The notes below the pieces were generated by a model. That model did no database searches. It was given only the letters and a program-made list of their open reading frames with translations, and was not told where the DNA came from. Positions 8,656 through 17,708 of a stretch of 64,000 bases of DNA are shown piece after piece. Numbering within the stretch: position 1 is the first letter of the stretch; each line of letters begins with the position of its first letter. Source of the DNA: an uncultured Bacilli bacterium (GTDB lineage: Bacteria; Bacillota_I; Bacilli_A; RF39; UBA660); contig CALVRA010000004.1 in NCBI GenBank assembly GCA_944358415.1, forward strand, positions 3,311 through 67,310, read 5' to 3'. The translations under genes were made by a program, and so were the position numbers.

Positions 8656-11199
8656 TTAATTTTCAGTATTTAAATCATCTAAAAAGTCATCAATAGTTAG
8701 AATTTGTTTATCTATTTGATCTAAAGAAATATTTTGTTTTGTTTCTTCTTTATGGACTAGCTCTATGTTATTTTGATTTGCACTTTCTAAGTCTTTAGAG
8801 GTTAGAAGTTTTGTTTTGATAAACGTTTTTTTAATTTTATCTTTAGTTATATTTGAACCTGTTTGATATCTATCACAAATTGGAAATTCAGAATATTTAT
8901 GGTAAGTTATTTCGTTCGTTAAAATACCAATTTCACTTTTATTATTAATAATTAAACTACTTATCAATTTATAAGGGTTAGTTTTGACATCTCTAATGGC
9001 TAAAAGACCTTTCCTAGCTCTAGTCATTTGATCAAATTCTTCTAATTTAACTCTTTTAGCTGTTCCTTTATCGGTTATGAATAAGGCATATTCATCTTTA
9101 GGGTTATTGAAAGATTCACCATTTATAACATAGTCATCTTTGAGGTTGATAGCTTTTACTCCACTACCTCTTAAACCAGTTAATGGAATTTCATCTGCTT
9201 TATATCTTAGGGCAAGACCATTATGGGTAGTCACAAAGACTTCATTTTTTTCTTTAACTACTGACAATACTTTATCTTTTGGTTTGAGTTTCATTAAATT
9301 TATTGGTTTAGTATATCTTTGGACTTTTAAGTCTTGGATATTAGTCTTTTTTACCATACCATTTTTAGTAAAGGAAATGAAATTTATATTTTCTTTAAAG
9401 TTTTTAGTTAGGTAAGAAGCGATTATGTCTTCATCACTACTTATTTTAATAATATTACTGATGTGTTTACCTAAATCTTTCCATTTTTGATCAGGTAATT
9501 CATATACTGGGACATAAAGGAAGTTTCCTAAAGATGTGAATAAAAGTAAAGTGTCCATGGTGTTTGCTTCATATACAGCTGTTTTATAATCTTTATCTTT
9601 TAAGCCAGTTTCATCACTATTAGAAGCTGAATAACTTCTTAGAGATACTCTTTTGACATATCCTTCATTTGTGATTACTACTATACATTCCTCTTTGGGA
9701 ATTAATGAAGTTGTGTCAATTTTTATTTCTGTTACTTCATCTTTTATTTGGGTTTTTCTTGGAGTGGCATATTCTTTTTTTATCATTTTAAGTTCGGTTT
9801 TCATAACATGTTTTAAGGCTTCTTCATTTTCTAGAATACTTGTCCAAATATTTATTTCTTTTTGTTTTTCTTCCATCTCGTTTTTTAATTCAGTAACATC
9901 AGTATTGGTTAATTTATATAGCTGTAAATTAACGATAGCTTCAGCTTGAGGTTTGGTGAAATCAAATTCTGTTTGCAAGTTTTCAACGGCATTTGCTTTA
10001 TTTTTTGATGCTCTAATGACTTTAATGACTTCGTCTAAGATTGATAAGGCTTTGATTAGGCCTTCTAAGATATGCATTCTTGCTTTAGCTACTTTTAAAT
10101 CAAATTCGGTTCTTCTTGTGATGACTTCTTTTTGGTGAGCTATATAAGCGTCTAATATCTCTAATATACCTAAAACCATTGGTCTACGGTTAACGATAGC
10201 TACCATATTATAGTTATAAGAAATCATCATATCAGTATTTTTAAGTAAGTAATTTATTATTAATTCTTCGTTAGCATCTTTTTTTAAATCAATGGCTATT
10301 TGAAGTCCATTTCTATCGGTTTCATCTCTAATTTCTTGGATACCATCTATTTTCTTTTCAATTCTAATTTCATCGATTTTTTTAACTAGGTTTGCTTTAT
10401 TTACTTCGTAAGGTATTTCCGAGATTATTATTTGTCTTTTTGATTTGGGACCAGTTATTTCATATTTACATCTAACGTTTATTTTGCCTTTGCCAGTAGT
10501 AAATGCTTCTTTTATACCTTTTAGGCCTTCGGCTATACCACCAGTTGGAAAATCTGGTCCTTTAACGATATCTAATATGGTATCTAATTTACAGTTAGGA
10601 CTATCAATTCTTTTTATTGTGGCATCAATGATTTCTCCTAAGTTATGTGGTGGGATATTTGTGGCATATCCAGCTGATATACCTGTAGCACCATTAACTA
10701 AAAGATTTGGGAAACGAGCTGGTAAGACGGTGGGTTCTAGTAGAGTGTCATCATAGTTTAAACTCATTAAAACAGTATCTTTATTAATGTCTTTTAAAAG
10801 TTCACCGGCAACTTTCGTTAGTCTTGCTTCAGTATAACGCATGGCAGCTGCGCCATCACCATCCATAGAACCGTTGTTTCCTTGCATTTCAACATAGCAC
10901 AAATTATTTTTCCACCACTGACTCATTCTAACTAGGGCATCATAAATACTAGAGTCTCCATGGGGGTGATAATAACCCATGATGTTTCCAACTGCTTTGG
11001 CAGATTTTTTTGTTGGTTTATCATAGGTGTTTCCATCTTTATACATACCGTAAAGAATTCTTCTTTGTACTGGCTTTAGTCCATCTCTAACATCTGGGAG
11101 AGCTCTATCTTGAATGATGGCTTTAGCATATCTACTAAAGCTATCGCCCATGATATACTCTAAGGAATAATCATATATTCTTTTTACTGCTTCTTCCAA
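8656..11199 (-). CDS. parC: DNA topoisomerase IV subunit A
   Basis: Type IIA topoisomerase A subunit ('DGLKPVQRRILY', 'AAMRYTEARL'). Called ParC rather than GyrA because no QRRGGKG GyrA-box was seen in the C-terminal domain and the gene follows a parE-like gene. Confidence 0.75.
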   Translation of the reverse strand: MEEAVKRIYDYSLEYIMGDSFSRYAKAIIQDRALPDVRDGLKPVQRRILYGMYKDGNTYDKPTKKSAKAVGNIMGYYHPHGDSSIYDALVRMSQWWKNNLCYVEMQGNNGSMDGDGAAAMRYTEARLTKVAGELLKDINKDTVLMSLNYDDTLLEPTVLPARFPNLLVNGATGISAGYATNIPPHNLGEIIDATIKRIDSPNCKLDTILDIVKGPDFPTGGIAEGLKGIKEAFTTGKGKINVRCKYEITGPKSKRQIIISEIPYEVNKANLVKKIDEIRIEKKIDGIQEIRDETDRNGLQIAIDLKKDANEELIINYLLKNTDMMISYNYNMVAIVNRRPMVLGILEILDAYIAHQKEVITRRTEFDLKVAKARMHILEGLIKALSILDEVIKVIRASKNKANAVENLQTEFDFTKPQAEAIVNLQLYKLTNTDVTELKNEMEEKQKEINIWTSILENEEALKHVMKTELKMIKKEYATPRKTQIKDEVTEIKIDTTSLIPKEECIVVITNEGYVKRVSLRSYSASNSDETGLKDKDYKTAVYEANTMDTLLLFTSLGNFLYVPVYELPDQKWKDLGKHISNIIKISSDEDIIASYLTKNFKENINFISFTKNGMVKKTNIQDLKVQRYTKPINLMKLKPKDKVLSVVKEKNEVFVTTHNGLALRYKADEIPLTGLRGSGVKAINLKDDYVINGESFNNPKDEYALFITDKGTAKRVKLEEFDQMTRARKGLLAIRDVKTNPYKLISSLIINNKSEIGILTNEITYHKYSEFPICDRYQTGSNITKDKIKKTFIKTKLLTSKDLESANQNNIELVHKEETKQNISLDQIDKQILTIDDFLDDLNTEN

Positions 11200-11209
11200 T
11201 TTATATCAC

Positions 11210-13117
11210 CTACTTCGCATAATTATCTTCTAAAGTAAATTCGACGTTTTCTTCAATCCATTTTTTTCTAGGTTCAACGTTATCGCCCATAAGAACGCTT
11301 ACTCTTCTTTCAGCTAATGAGGCGTCAGTTAGATTTACTTTGATTAAACTTCGTTTGTTTGGATCCATAGTGGTCTCCCAAAGTTGTTCGGCGTTCATTT
11401 CACCTAGTCCTTTATATCTTTGTTTTTCAAGTTTTATTTTATTTTGTTTTCTGATTTCTTCGGCTCCTTCATCGTCCCAGGCATATCCATAGACTTTATT
11501 ACCATTTTTTAAGGCATAAAGTGGTGGCATAGCGATATATAAATGACCATTTTCGATTAATGGTTTCATGAAACGATAGAAAAAGGTTAAAAGTAATATG
11601 GCAATGTGTGCGCCGTCATCGTCAGCATCGGTCATGATAATTACTTTATCATAGTTACAGTCTTCGATTTTGAAGTCACTACCGATTCCAGCTCCAATTG
11701 TTTGTATCATGGTGTTTATTTCATTATTTGATAAGACGTCGGTTAATGAGGCTTTTTCAGTGTTTATGACTTTGCCTCTTAAAGGTAAGATGGCTTGGAA
11801 TTTTCGATCTCTACCTTGTTTAGCTGAGCCACCAGCTGAGTCTCCTTCGACTAAGAAAAGCTCATTTATTTTTGGATTTTTGGTTTGAGCTGGGGTAAAT
11901 TTATCACTGATTGATTTTTCTTTTCTATTTTTTCCTTTACCATTTCGAGCTTCATCTCTAGCTTTTCTAGCGGCCTCTCTTACTTGTTTTGATTTAACCA
12001 TTTTTTCTAAGATTTTAGTGGCTATTTCTTTATTTTCTTCTAGGAAAAATTGAAGGTTTTCGGTTGTAATACTATCAGTAGCAGTTCTGGCAACTGGAGA
12101 ACCTAATTTGCCTTTGGTTTGGCCTTCAAATTGAAGAAGCTTCTCAGGTATTTGAAGACTTATAATAGCAGTTAGCCCTTCTCTAGTGTCTGGGCCTTCA
12201 AAGTTTTTATCTTTAGCTTTTAAATATCCATTATTTCTAGCATAATCATTGAAAACTCTTGTAATAGCGGTTTTAAATCCAACTTCATGGGTACCACCAT
12301 CTGATGTTTTGACATTATTGACAAAGGATATTATGTTATCTGAATAACTTTCGGTATATTGAAAAGCTATTTCAACATTTATACCATCTTTGGTACCATG
12401 AAAGTCATAAGGTTTATGAAGCGGTTTTTTATCGGTGTTTAAGTATTCAGCAAAGGCATTTAACCCTTTTTCATAGTGATATGATTCTTTTCTATCGGTA
12501 TTTTCATCATAAATCTCTATAGTAATATTTTTTAATAAGAAGGCACTTTCTTGCATTCTTTCACAGATTGTAGAGAATGAAAAGTTTGTGTTTTGAAAGA
12601 TTTCATCATCAGGCATAAATCTTACTTTGACACCGGTTTTATTTGTTTTACCTATTTGTTTTAATGGTTTATCTAAGTGTCCACCATTTTTAAAACTTAT
12701 TTGATATTCTTTACCGTCTCTTTTGATATTTACTTCCATCCATTTACTTAATGCATTTACAACAGAAGCTCCAACACCATGAAGTCCACCAGATACTTTA
12801 TAACCTGATGTTTCAAATTTTCCACCAGCGTGCAGTACAGTATATATTACTTCTGGAGTCGATTTACCACTTTCGTGCATACCGGTCGGTATTCCTCTAC
12901 CAAAGTCTTCAACACTTATACTTCCATCTTTATGAATAGTAATATTTATTTTATCACCATATCCATTTATGGCTTCATCGATACTATTATCAACAATTTC
13001 CCATACTAGGTGGTGAAGTCCTCTTTTATCGGTTGAACCAATATACATGCCGGGTCTTTTTCTAACGGCTTCTAATCCTTCTAATATTTTTATTGAATGT
13101 TCATCATATTTTGCCAT
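11210..13117 (-). CDS. parE: DNA topoisomerase IV subunit B
   Basis: GHKL ATPase plus TOPRIM motifs ('LEGLEAVRKRPGMYIGST', 'EIVDNSIDEA', 'LVEGDSAGGSAKQGRDR', 'PLRGKVINTEKA'). Paired with the parC-like gene. Confidence 0.75.
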   Translation of the reverse strand: MAKYDEHSIKILEGLEAVRKRPGMYIGSTDKRGLHHLVWEIVDNSIDEAINGYGDKINITIHKDGSISVEDFGRGIPTGMHESGKSTPEVIYTVLHAGGKFETSGYKVSGGLHGVGASVVNALSKWMEVNIKRDGKEYQISFKNGGHLDKPLKQIGKTNKTGVKVRFMPDDEIFQNTNFSFSTICERMQESAFLLKNITIEIYDENTDRKESYHYEKGLNAFAEYLNTDKKPLHKPYDFHGTKDGINVEIAFQYTESYSDNIISFVNNVKTSDGGTHEVGFKTAITRVFNDYARNNGYLKAKDKNFEGPDTREGLTAIISLQIPEKLLQFEGQTKGKLGSPVARTATDSITTENLQFFLEENKEIATKILEKMVKSKQVREAARKARDEARNGKGKNRKEKSISDKFTPAQTKNPKINELFLVEGDSAGGSAKQGRDRKFQAILPLRGKVINTEKASLTDVLSNNEINTMIQTIGAGIGSDFKIEDCNYDKVIIMTDADDDGAHIAILLLTFFYRFMKPLIENGHLYIAMPPLYALKNGNKVYGYAWDDEGAEEIRKQNKIKLEKQRYKGLGEMNAEQLWETTMDPNKRSLIKVNLTDASLAERRVSVLMGDNVEPRKKWIEENVEFTLEDNYAK

Positions 13118-13185
13118 ATCATCACCATTAGAATTATAACAGAAAAAGCGTTAAAAAACAAATGTAAACGTCAAATTATGTATAG

Positions 13186-13208
13186 AAAAAGAAGGGATTT
13201 TTCCCTCC
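13186..13208 (-). terminator. Putative rho-independent terminator after the 734-aa gene
   Basis: Minus strand reads GGAGGGA-aaaa-TCCCTTC followed by TTTTT, immediately after the TAG stop. Confidence 0.5.
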
Positions 13209-15412
13209 TAATTTAATAGTTTTTTTATTTCATCTAAGGCACACTGGGCGTCTTCACATTTTAAACCTGTTTTTGAATTATCATATTCTAAGTCAATGGC
13301 TCTTAATTTTATTTGAACTTGATAAGTACTACTTAGTGTATTGGTACCATCAGTCACGGTAGCAACTACAGAGCCATGATAATAAAATATGACAGTAGCT
13401 GTTTTTTCTTTTACTTCGGTGGCTGGTTCGTTATCTTTTTGATAGTAACAAGTGATTGAGCTTCCACAGCCATCTGGATATGTGATAGTTACAGTTCTTG
13501 GATATATGCCTTCATCTTTAAAGGTTGGAACAGTGAAGACTGAAGTTGTGACGTTTTTATTACTTGTTTGTTGAACATTTTTTTCATTGGTTACTCTAAC
13601 CATGATATTATAGGTTGTTCCTTGATTTAAATTATTAAAGGTATAAGTGTTTTTAGTTCCACCATTTACCCAATTTTTACCACCATCTAAAGAGTATTCA
13701 TATTTAGTTATGTCGAAGTTAGATGAAGCATTTGCGACAACGGTTATACTATGAGAGGTGGCAGATGTAGATATATTTAAGGTTATGCTATCATTGATTG
13801 GTTCAATGTTGACATCATAACTATTACTCAACATACTTTCACCATCAGAAACAGTAGCAAGGATGGTTCCACTTTCAGTAAATTGAACTTGGGCTTCAGT
13901 ACTTTTAACAGTGACTGGTGCTTGACCATTCATTTGATAGGTACATGACAAAGTATCTTTACATTCTTCTTGGAAATGAATAGTTATGGTTTTTGGATTA
14001 ATACCTTCTTCAGTAAAGGTAGGTTCAATTAATTCTATTTTAACGCTTTCCATATCAATTAAGTATGGATCTTCTTTAGTTCCTGTTCCACCTGTAATAA
14101 CTGTTTGTTCTGAAAGATATAATGATGGAGCGACAAAAGATGTATTTATTGAGGCATTAGTATAATTTATACTTCCAGGTTTTTGGTCTTTACTAATTAT
14201 AAAGACTTGATTATTATTATCTAAAGTTGGTGTAATAGTCCACATATTACTATTTTCAGGAATGATGCTATAAATCCAGTTAGTGTTTATACATGAAGAA
14301 GTATTATTATTATTTAAACTTAAAGATCCACACTGGTTATTATTTGAATTAGCTCTTATAAATTCTGAGACAGTGATTAGACCAATTTTACCATTCCACT
14401 GAGATGTTTTTTCATCGGTCATTTGATTTTTGATGTCACCGTTGTTGGCATTAATGGCTCCAACATACCAAGCATGGTTAATAATATTAGCTTTATTAGT
14501 AGTGATTTTATTTAAATATGTATTATTCAAGTAAGTGTTTAGTGAGGCATCTTTTAAGACGGTTCCTGAAATATAGCCATTTATATAGTTATTATTAATG
14601 CCCCAGGCATTACATCCGTTATTTCCACTGGCACAGTAAGTTCCTCCTGCACCATTACTAGCTTGGTCTCTTTGACCGGCGGTATCGAAAGCATTAGCGC
14701 TTTCTGCCGATGATCTAATGATTTTGATTGTACCATCTTTTTCTAATGATATGATACGCCATAATTCATCGTTAAATCTAATATAGTTATTAGGGTTGGC
14801 ACCTTTAAAGATACATTTACCGTCTTCTGTATCATCGAAATACATGCCAGAACCTGAGGTTACAACATTATCTGGGGTACATTCTAATGATGATGATGCA
14901 CTATTTTGATTATCTGAGTCAAAAGCAATGGTTGAAAATGTTCCATTATTAAATTCGGCAAAAAGTCTACCTTTGTTTTGAATTGGTTTTGCATCTATTT
15001 TTGAAATAAATTCACGAAGTTTTTGGCCAATATTATTATCTTCATTATTGTTAACATAATACTGGATAGCTTTAACATCAGAGTTTGTATATATGACTGT
15101 TTTAGCCCCCATTTGTTTCATAATTGTTTGACAAAAATTATCGGTTAAATTGATATTACATTCATTATCCTTATAGACTAGCACATAAGGTTTTTCGACT
15201 GTTAGATACTCCGATAAATCATAACGATTAGTGGTTAGATAATTAGCTACAGAGGATAAATCATAAATTGATTCAACGTTATTATGACTATAGCTATTTT
15301 TATAGTTATTTGTTAAATTACTGAACTGAATGAATAGTATGATTAATATTGTTAAGACAAAGGTTGAAACTATTAGGGCTTCAGCTAGTAAAAATCCTTT
15401 TTCGTTTTTCAT
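13208..15412 (-). CDS. Giant prepilin-type (type IV pilin-like N-terminus) surface protein with a non-variable copy of the DGR-target scaffold
   Basis: N-terminal 'KGFLLAEALIVSTFVL' prepilin cleavage/methylation-like motif. Residues ~186-452 ('GANPNNYIRFNDELWRIISLEKDGTIKII...MWTITP...FVAPSLYLSEQTVITGGTGTKEDPYLI') are paralogous to the 310-aa target. Two Ig/FN3-like modules are shared with the 802-aa protein. The C-terminus carries 'EYDNSKTGLKCEDAQCALDEI'. Confidence 0.8.
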   Translation of the reverse strand: MKNEKGFLLAEALIVSTFVLTILIILFIQFSNLTNNYKNSYSHNNVESIYDLSSVANYLTTNRYDLSEYLTVEKPYVLVYKDNECNINLTDNFCQTIMKQMGAKTVIYTNSDVKAIQYYVNNNEDNNIGQKLREFISKIDAKPIQNKGRLFAEFNNGTFSTIAFDSDNQNSASSSLECTPDNVVTSGSGMYFDDTEDGKCIFKGANPNNYIRFNDELWRIISLEKDGTIKIIRSSAESANAFDTAGQRDQASNGAGGTYCASGNNGCNAWGINNNYINGYISGTVLKDASLNTYLNNTYLNKITTNKANIINHAWYVGAINANNGDIKNQMTDEKTSQWNGKIGLITVSEFIRANSNNNQCGSLSLNNNNTSSCINTNWIYSIIPENSNMWTITPTLDNNNQVFIISKDQKPGSINYTNASINTSFVAPSLYLSEQTVITGGTGTKEDPYLIDMESVKIELIEPTFTEEGINPKTITIHFQEECKDTLSCTYQMNGQAPVTVKSTEAQVQFTESGTILATVSDGESMLSNSYDVNIEPINDSITLNISTSATSHSITVVANASSNFDITKYEYSLDGGKNWVNGGTKNTYTFNNLNQGTTYNIMVRVTNEKNVQQTSNKNVTTSVFTVPTFKDEGIYPRTVTITYPDGCGSSITCYYQKDNEPATEVKEKTATVIFYYHGSVVATVTDGTNTLSSTYQVQIKLRAIDLEYDNSKTGLKCEDAQCALDEIKKLLN

Positions 15413-15493
15413 GTTTATCCTCCTTTTATTTTTTATTTACAATTTACCAAATATAAGTCTAATATTTATAGATATTTTTAAGTTGTTTCTAAT

Positions 15494-17542
15494 TTAATAT
15501 GGATAACATAGGCTACCTACTAAATCATATCCTGATGGACAAGTATAATAAGGTTCACTATATGAAGCAGAAATAGTAGTTGTTTTTTGACATTTCATAC
15601 TACTTCCTGAACCTATTTCAGTATAACCTGATGGACAATAATAGTAACTGCTATGATATGTTGCACTTGTAGAATTGCGGCAATAAGCTGTAGGATGATA
15701 TGTGTATGAACCTGGGCTTGCACAATGGTCACCATTTTCAGAATATCTGGAATCATCACATTCATCATAGGACGATTGATTATCAGTATGTGATAAGTTT
15801 CCATTATTACAAATTACAGTTCCAGTAACTCTTGTCCAGTTAGTATAACAGGTTGTTCCAGATTTATTAGGATAACCTGATGGACATGAGTAATATGATG
15901 AGCTATAGGATGCATTTGTTGTGGTTGTTTTTTGACATTTCATACTACTTCCTGAACCTATTTCAGTATAACCTGATGTGCAGTAATAGTAGCCTTCATG
16001 ATATGTGGCATTGATTACCATGGTTACAGTATAGCTACTACTAGTTTTATTGATACCATCTGAAACATTAGCAACTAGTTCCCCATCGTCTGTAAAATTA
16101 ACATCGACAGTAGTTGTAGTTACGTTTATAGTATTGCCATTATTTTTTTGATATGAGCATGTGAGTGTGGTTCCACACCCTTCTGGGAAGGTAATTGTAA
16201 CGGTTTTGTTTTTAGCTCCTGTTTCTTTATAAGTTGGAGCAGCTAAGGTTTTAGTTATAGCATTTTTATTGGCAGTGACAATTTTACCACTTTCAGAGGT
16301 GACTCTTACTTGAACATTATAAGTAGTTGTTTGAGTTAAAGAGGTAAATCTATAAGTATTTGATGTTCCTCCATTAATCCACGTTTTTCCATCTAATGAA
16401 TATTCATATAAGGTTACATTATTACTTATATTATAGTTTTCTTCTGAATCACCGACTTTAGTAGCTGCATTATACCAACCATCCGGAATATATCCTGTGT
16501 TTGCAATGATACGTGGAAGGGTTATTTGACAACTAGTATTTCCAGCTAATATGGTACAACTTTTTGACAAGCTATTTATTGACGATACGTTTGCACCTTT
16601 GACAAAAGTTGCCGTGGCAGTTTTATTTTGTAAAGTTATACTACTTCCTCCACCGCTTGAGCCATTTTGCGATGATATATTTCCTGCTTTGTCTTTGACT
16701 CATATATAATATGTTCCTTGCCCTTTGGGAATAATAATACTTCCTTCTTCTTTAGCTTTTATATCAACTTGATTCCATCCTTCAGCATTTTCGTCTGGAG
16801 TTTTGTTTTCTTCACTGATATAATAAGCTGCGATTCCACTGACGTTGTCAATGGCTTTAATATGTATTTTTGAATTTGGATCAATGGTTATACTATTTAT
16901 TTTGGGAATTTCATTATCAATATTAATAATGTCTATATTGTTAGTGATTATACTGGCGCCAGTTACTCTAGCTTCTAAGGTTGATATTTTTTTAAATACA
17001 GGCAATTCAAAATTACCTTCATGGGCTGTTTGCCATGAACCATTATCTATTTTATATTGGTAAGTATATCCACTACCTAATTTTGGATATTTTATTATAA
17101 CACTTCTTTCGTGAACCCATTTATTATTATTTGGATTGATAACAAAGTCTATTTGATGAACTGTTGATGTCGCACTACATTTATCATTATCAACTATTTC
17201 ATAATTAATATTTTTATCATTATCGATGGTGACATAGATTGTTTTATTAGTGATATCTTCACCGGTTTCAACATCAATGACTGGACTTACAAGTGTGCCA
17301 TTATCTACTAAGTCTTGAACTGGGATACAATATGATCCTGGTTTATTGGTACCAATTGTTTCTTCAATATATATTTTTATAGCATCTGAAATTAATCCTT
17401 CGCTTACTTTATTAGCTTCATTGCCGTTTTGAGCTATTTTATTAATGATTGTTGGCATAATCAATAATAAAAGCAAAGATATTATAACTATTACCCCTAA
17501 AATTTCAGTTAGTGTAAATCCTTTTTTATTCATTTTTATCAC
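15494..17542 (-). pseudogene. Pilin-like adhesin paralog interrupted by one in-frame TGA
   Basis: ORFs 16700-17542 and 15494-16570 are in the same frame. The only stop between them is TGA (16700-16702) in 'GTYYI*VKDKAGN', where the tandem paralog reads 'GTYYVWVKDRAGN' with TGG. Translation between the ORFs continues the homology (VKDKAGNISS...SKSCTILAGNTSCQITLP). Confidence 0.7.
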
Positions 17543-17708
17543 CTATATTTATTATAGTTTTTTTATGAGCTAAAAATTGTCAAATAATTTTTACTATTAT
17601 CTATTTTCTATAATAATTATAAACTATTCAAGGAGGTAATGCAAGTACATTATGAAATAAGGTTTTATTTAAATGAAAGAGAAAAAAGTAAATATTATTA
17701 ATATCTAC

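Noticed and set aside
9140-10756. Plus-strand ORFs inside parC (9140-9415, 9653-9949, 9953-10138, 10445-10756), and similar antisense ORFs inside parE, leuS, valS, lepA, pyk, nrnA, deoC, the PBP and others
   Set aside because: They are entirely nested antisense within well-supported conserved genes. Their translations are hydrophobic and low-complexity, typical of antisense reading of AT-rich coding DNA.
8656-13117. Calling the type IIA topoisomerase pair gyrB/gyrA
   Set aside because: I could not find a GyrA-box (QRRGGKG-like) in the A-subunit C-terminal domain. The pair is not next to dnaA/dnaN/recF-type origin genes. parE-parC therefore fits better, although the B subunit alone is ambiguous.
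15613-15804. Alternate-frame minus-strand ORFs in the Cys-repeat regions (15613-15804, 17810-18043, 18098-18292)
   Set aside because: They are on the same strand but out of frame with long ORFs whose translation shows clear repeat and paralog structure. They are by-products of repetitive, compositionally biased DNA.
16700-16702. Possibility that TGA encodes Trp (genetic code 4, Mollicutes-like), given the TGA/TGG paralog pair and very low GC
   Set aside because: Long conserved genes (leuS, valS, parC, parE, lepA, PBP) are uninterrupted under the standard code. Their Trp residues are TGG wherever I read the DNA. A code-4 genome this AT-rich would fragment such ORFs with many internal TGA codons.
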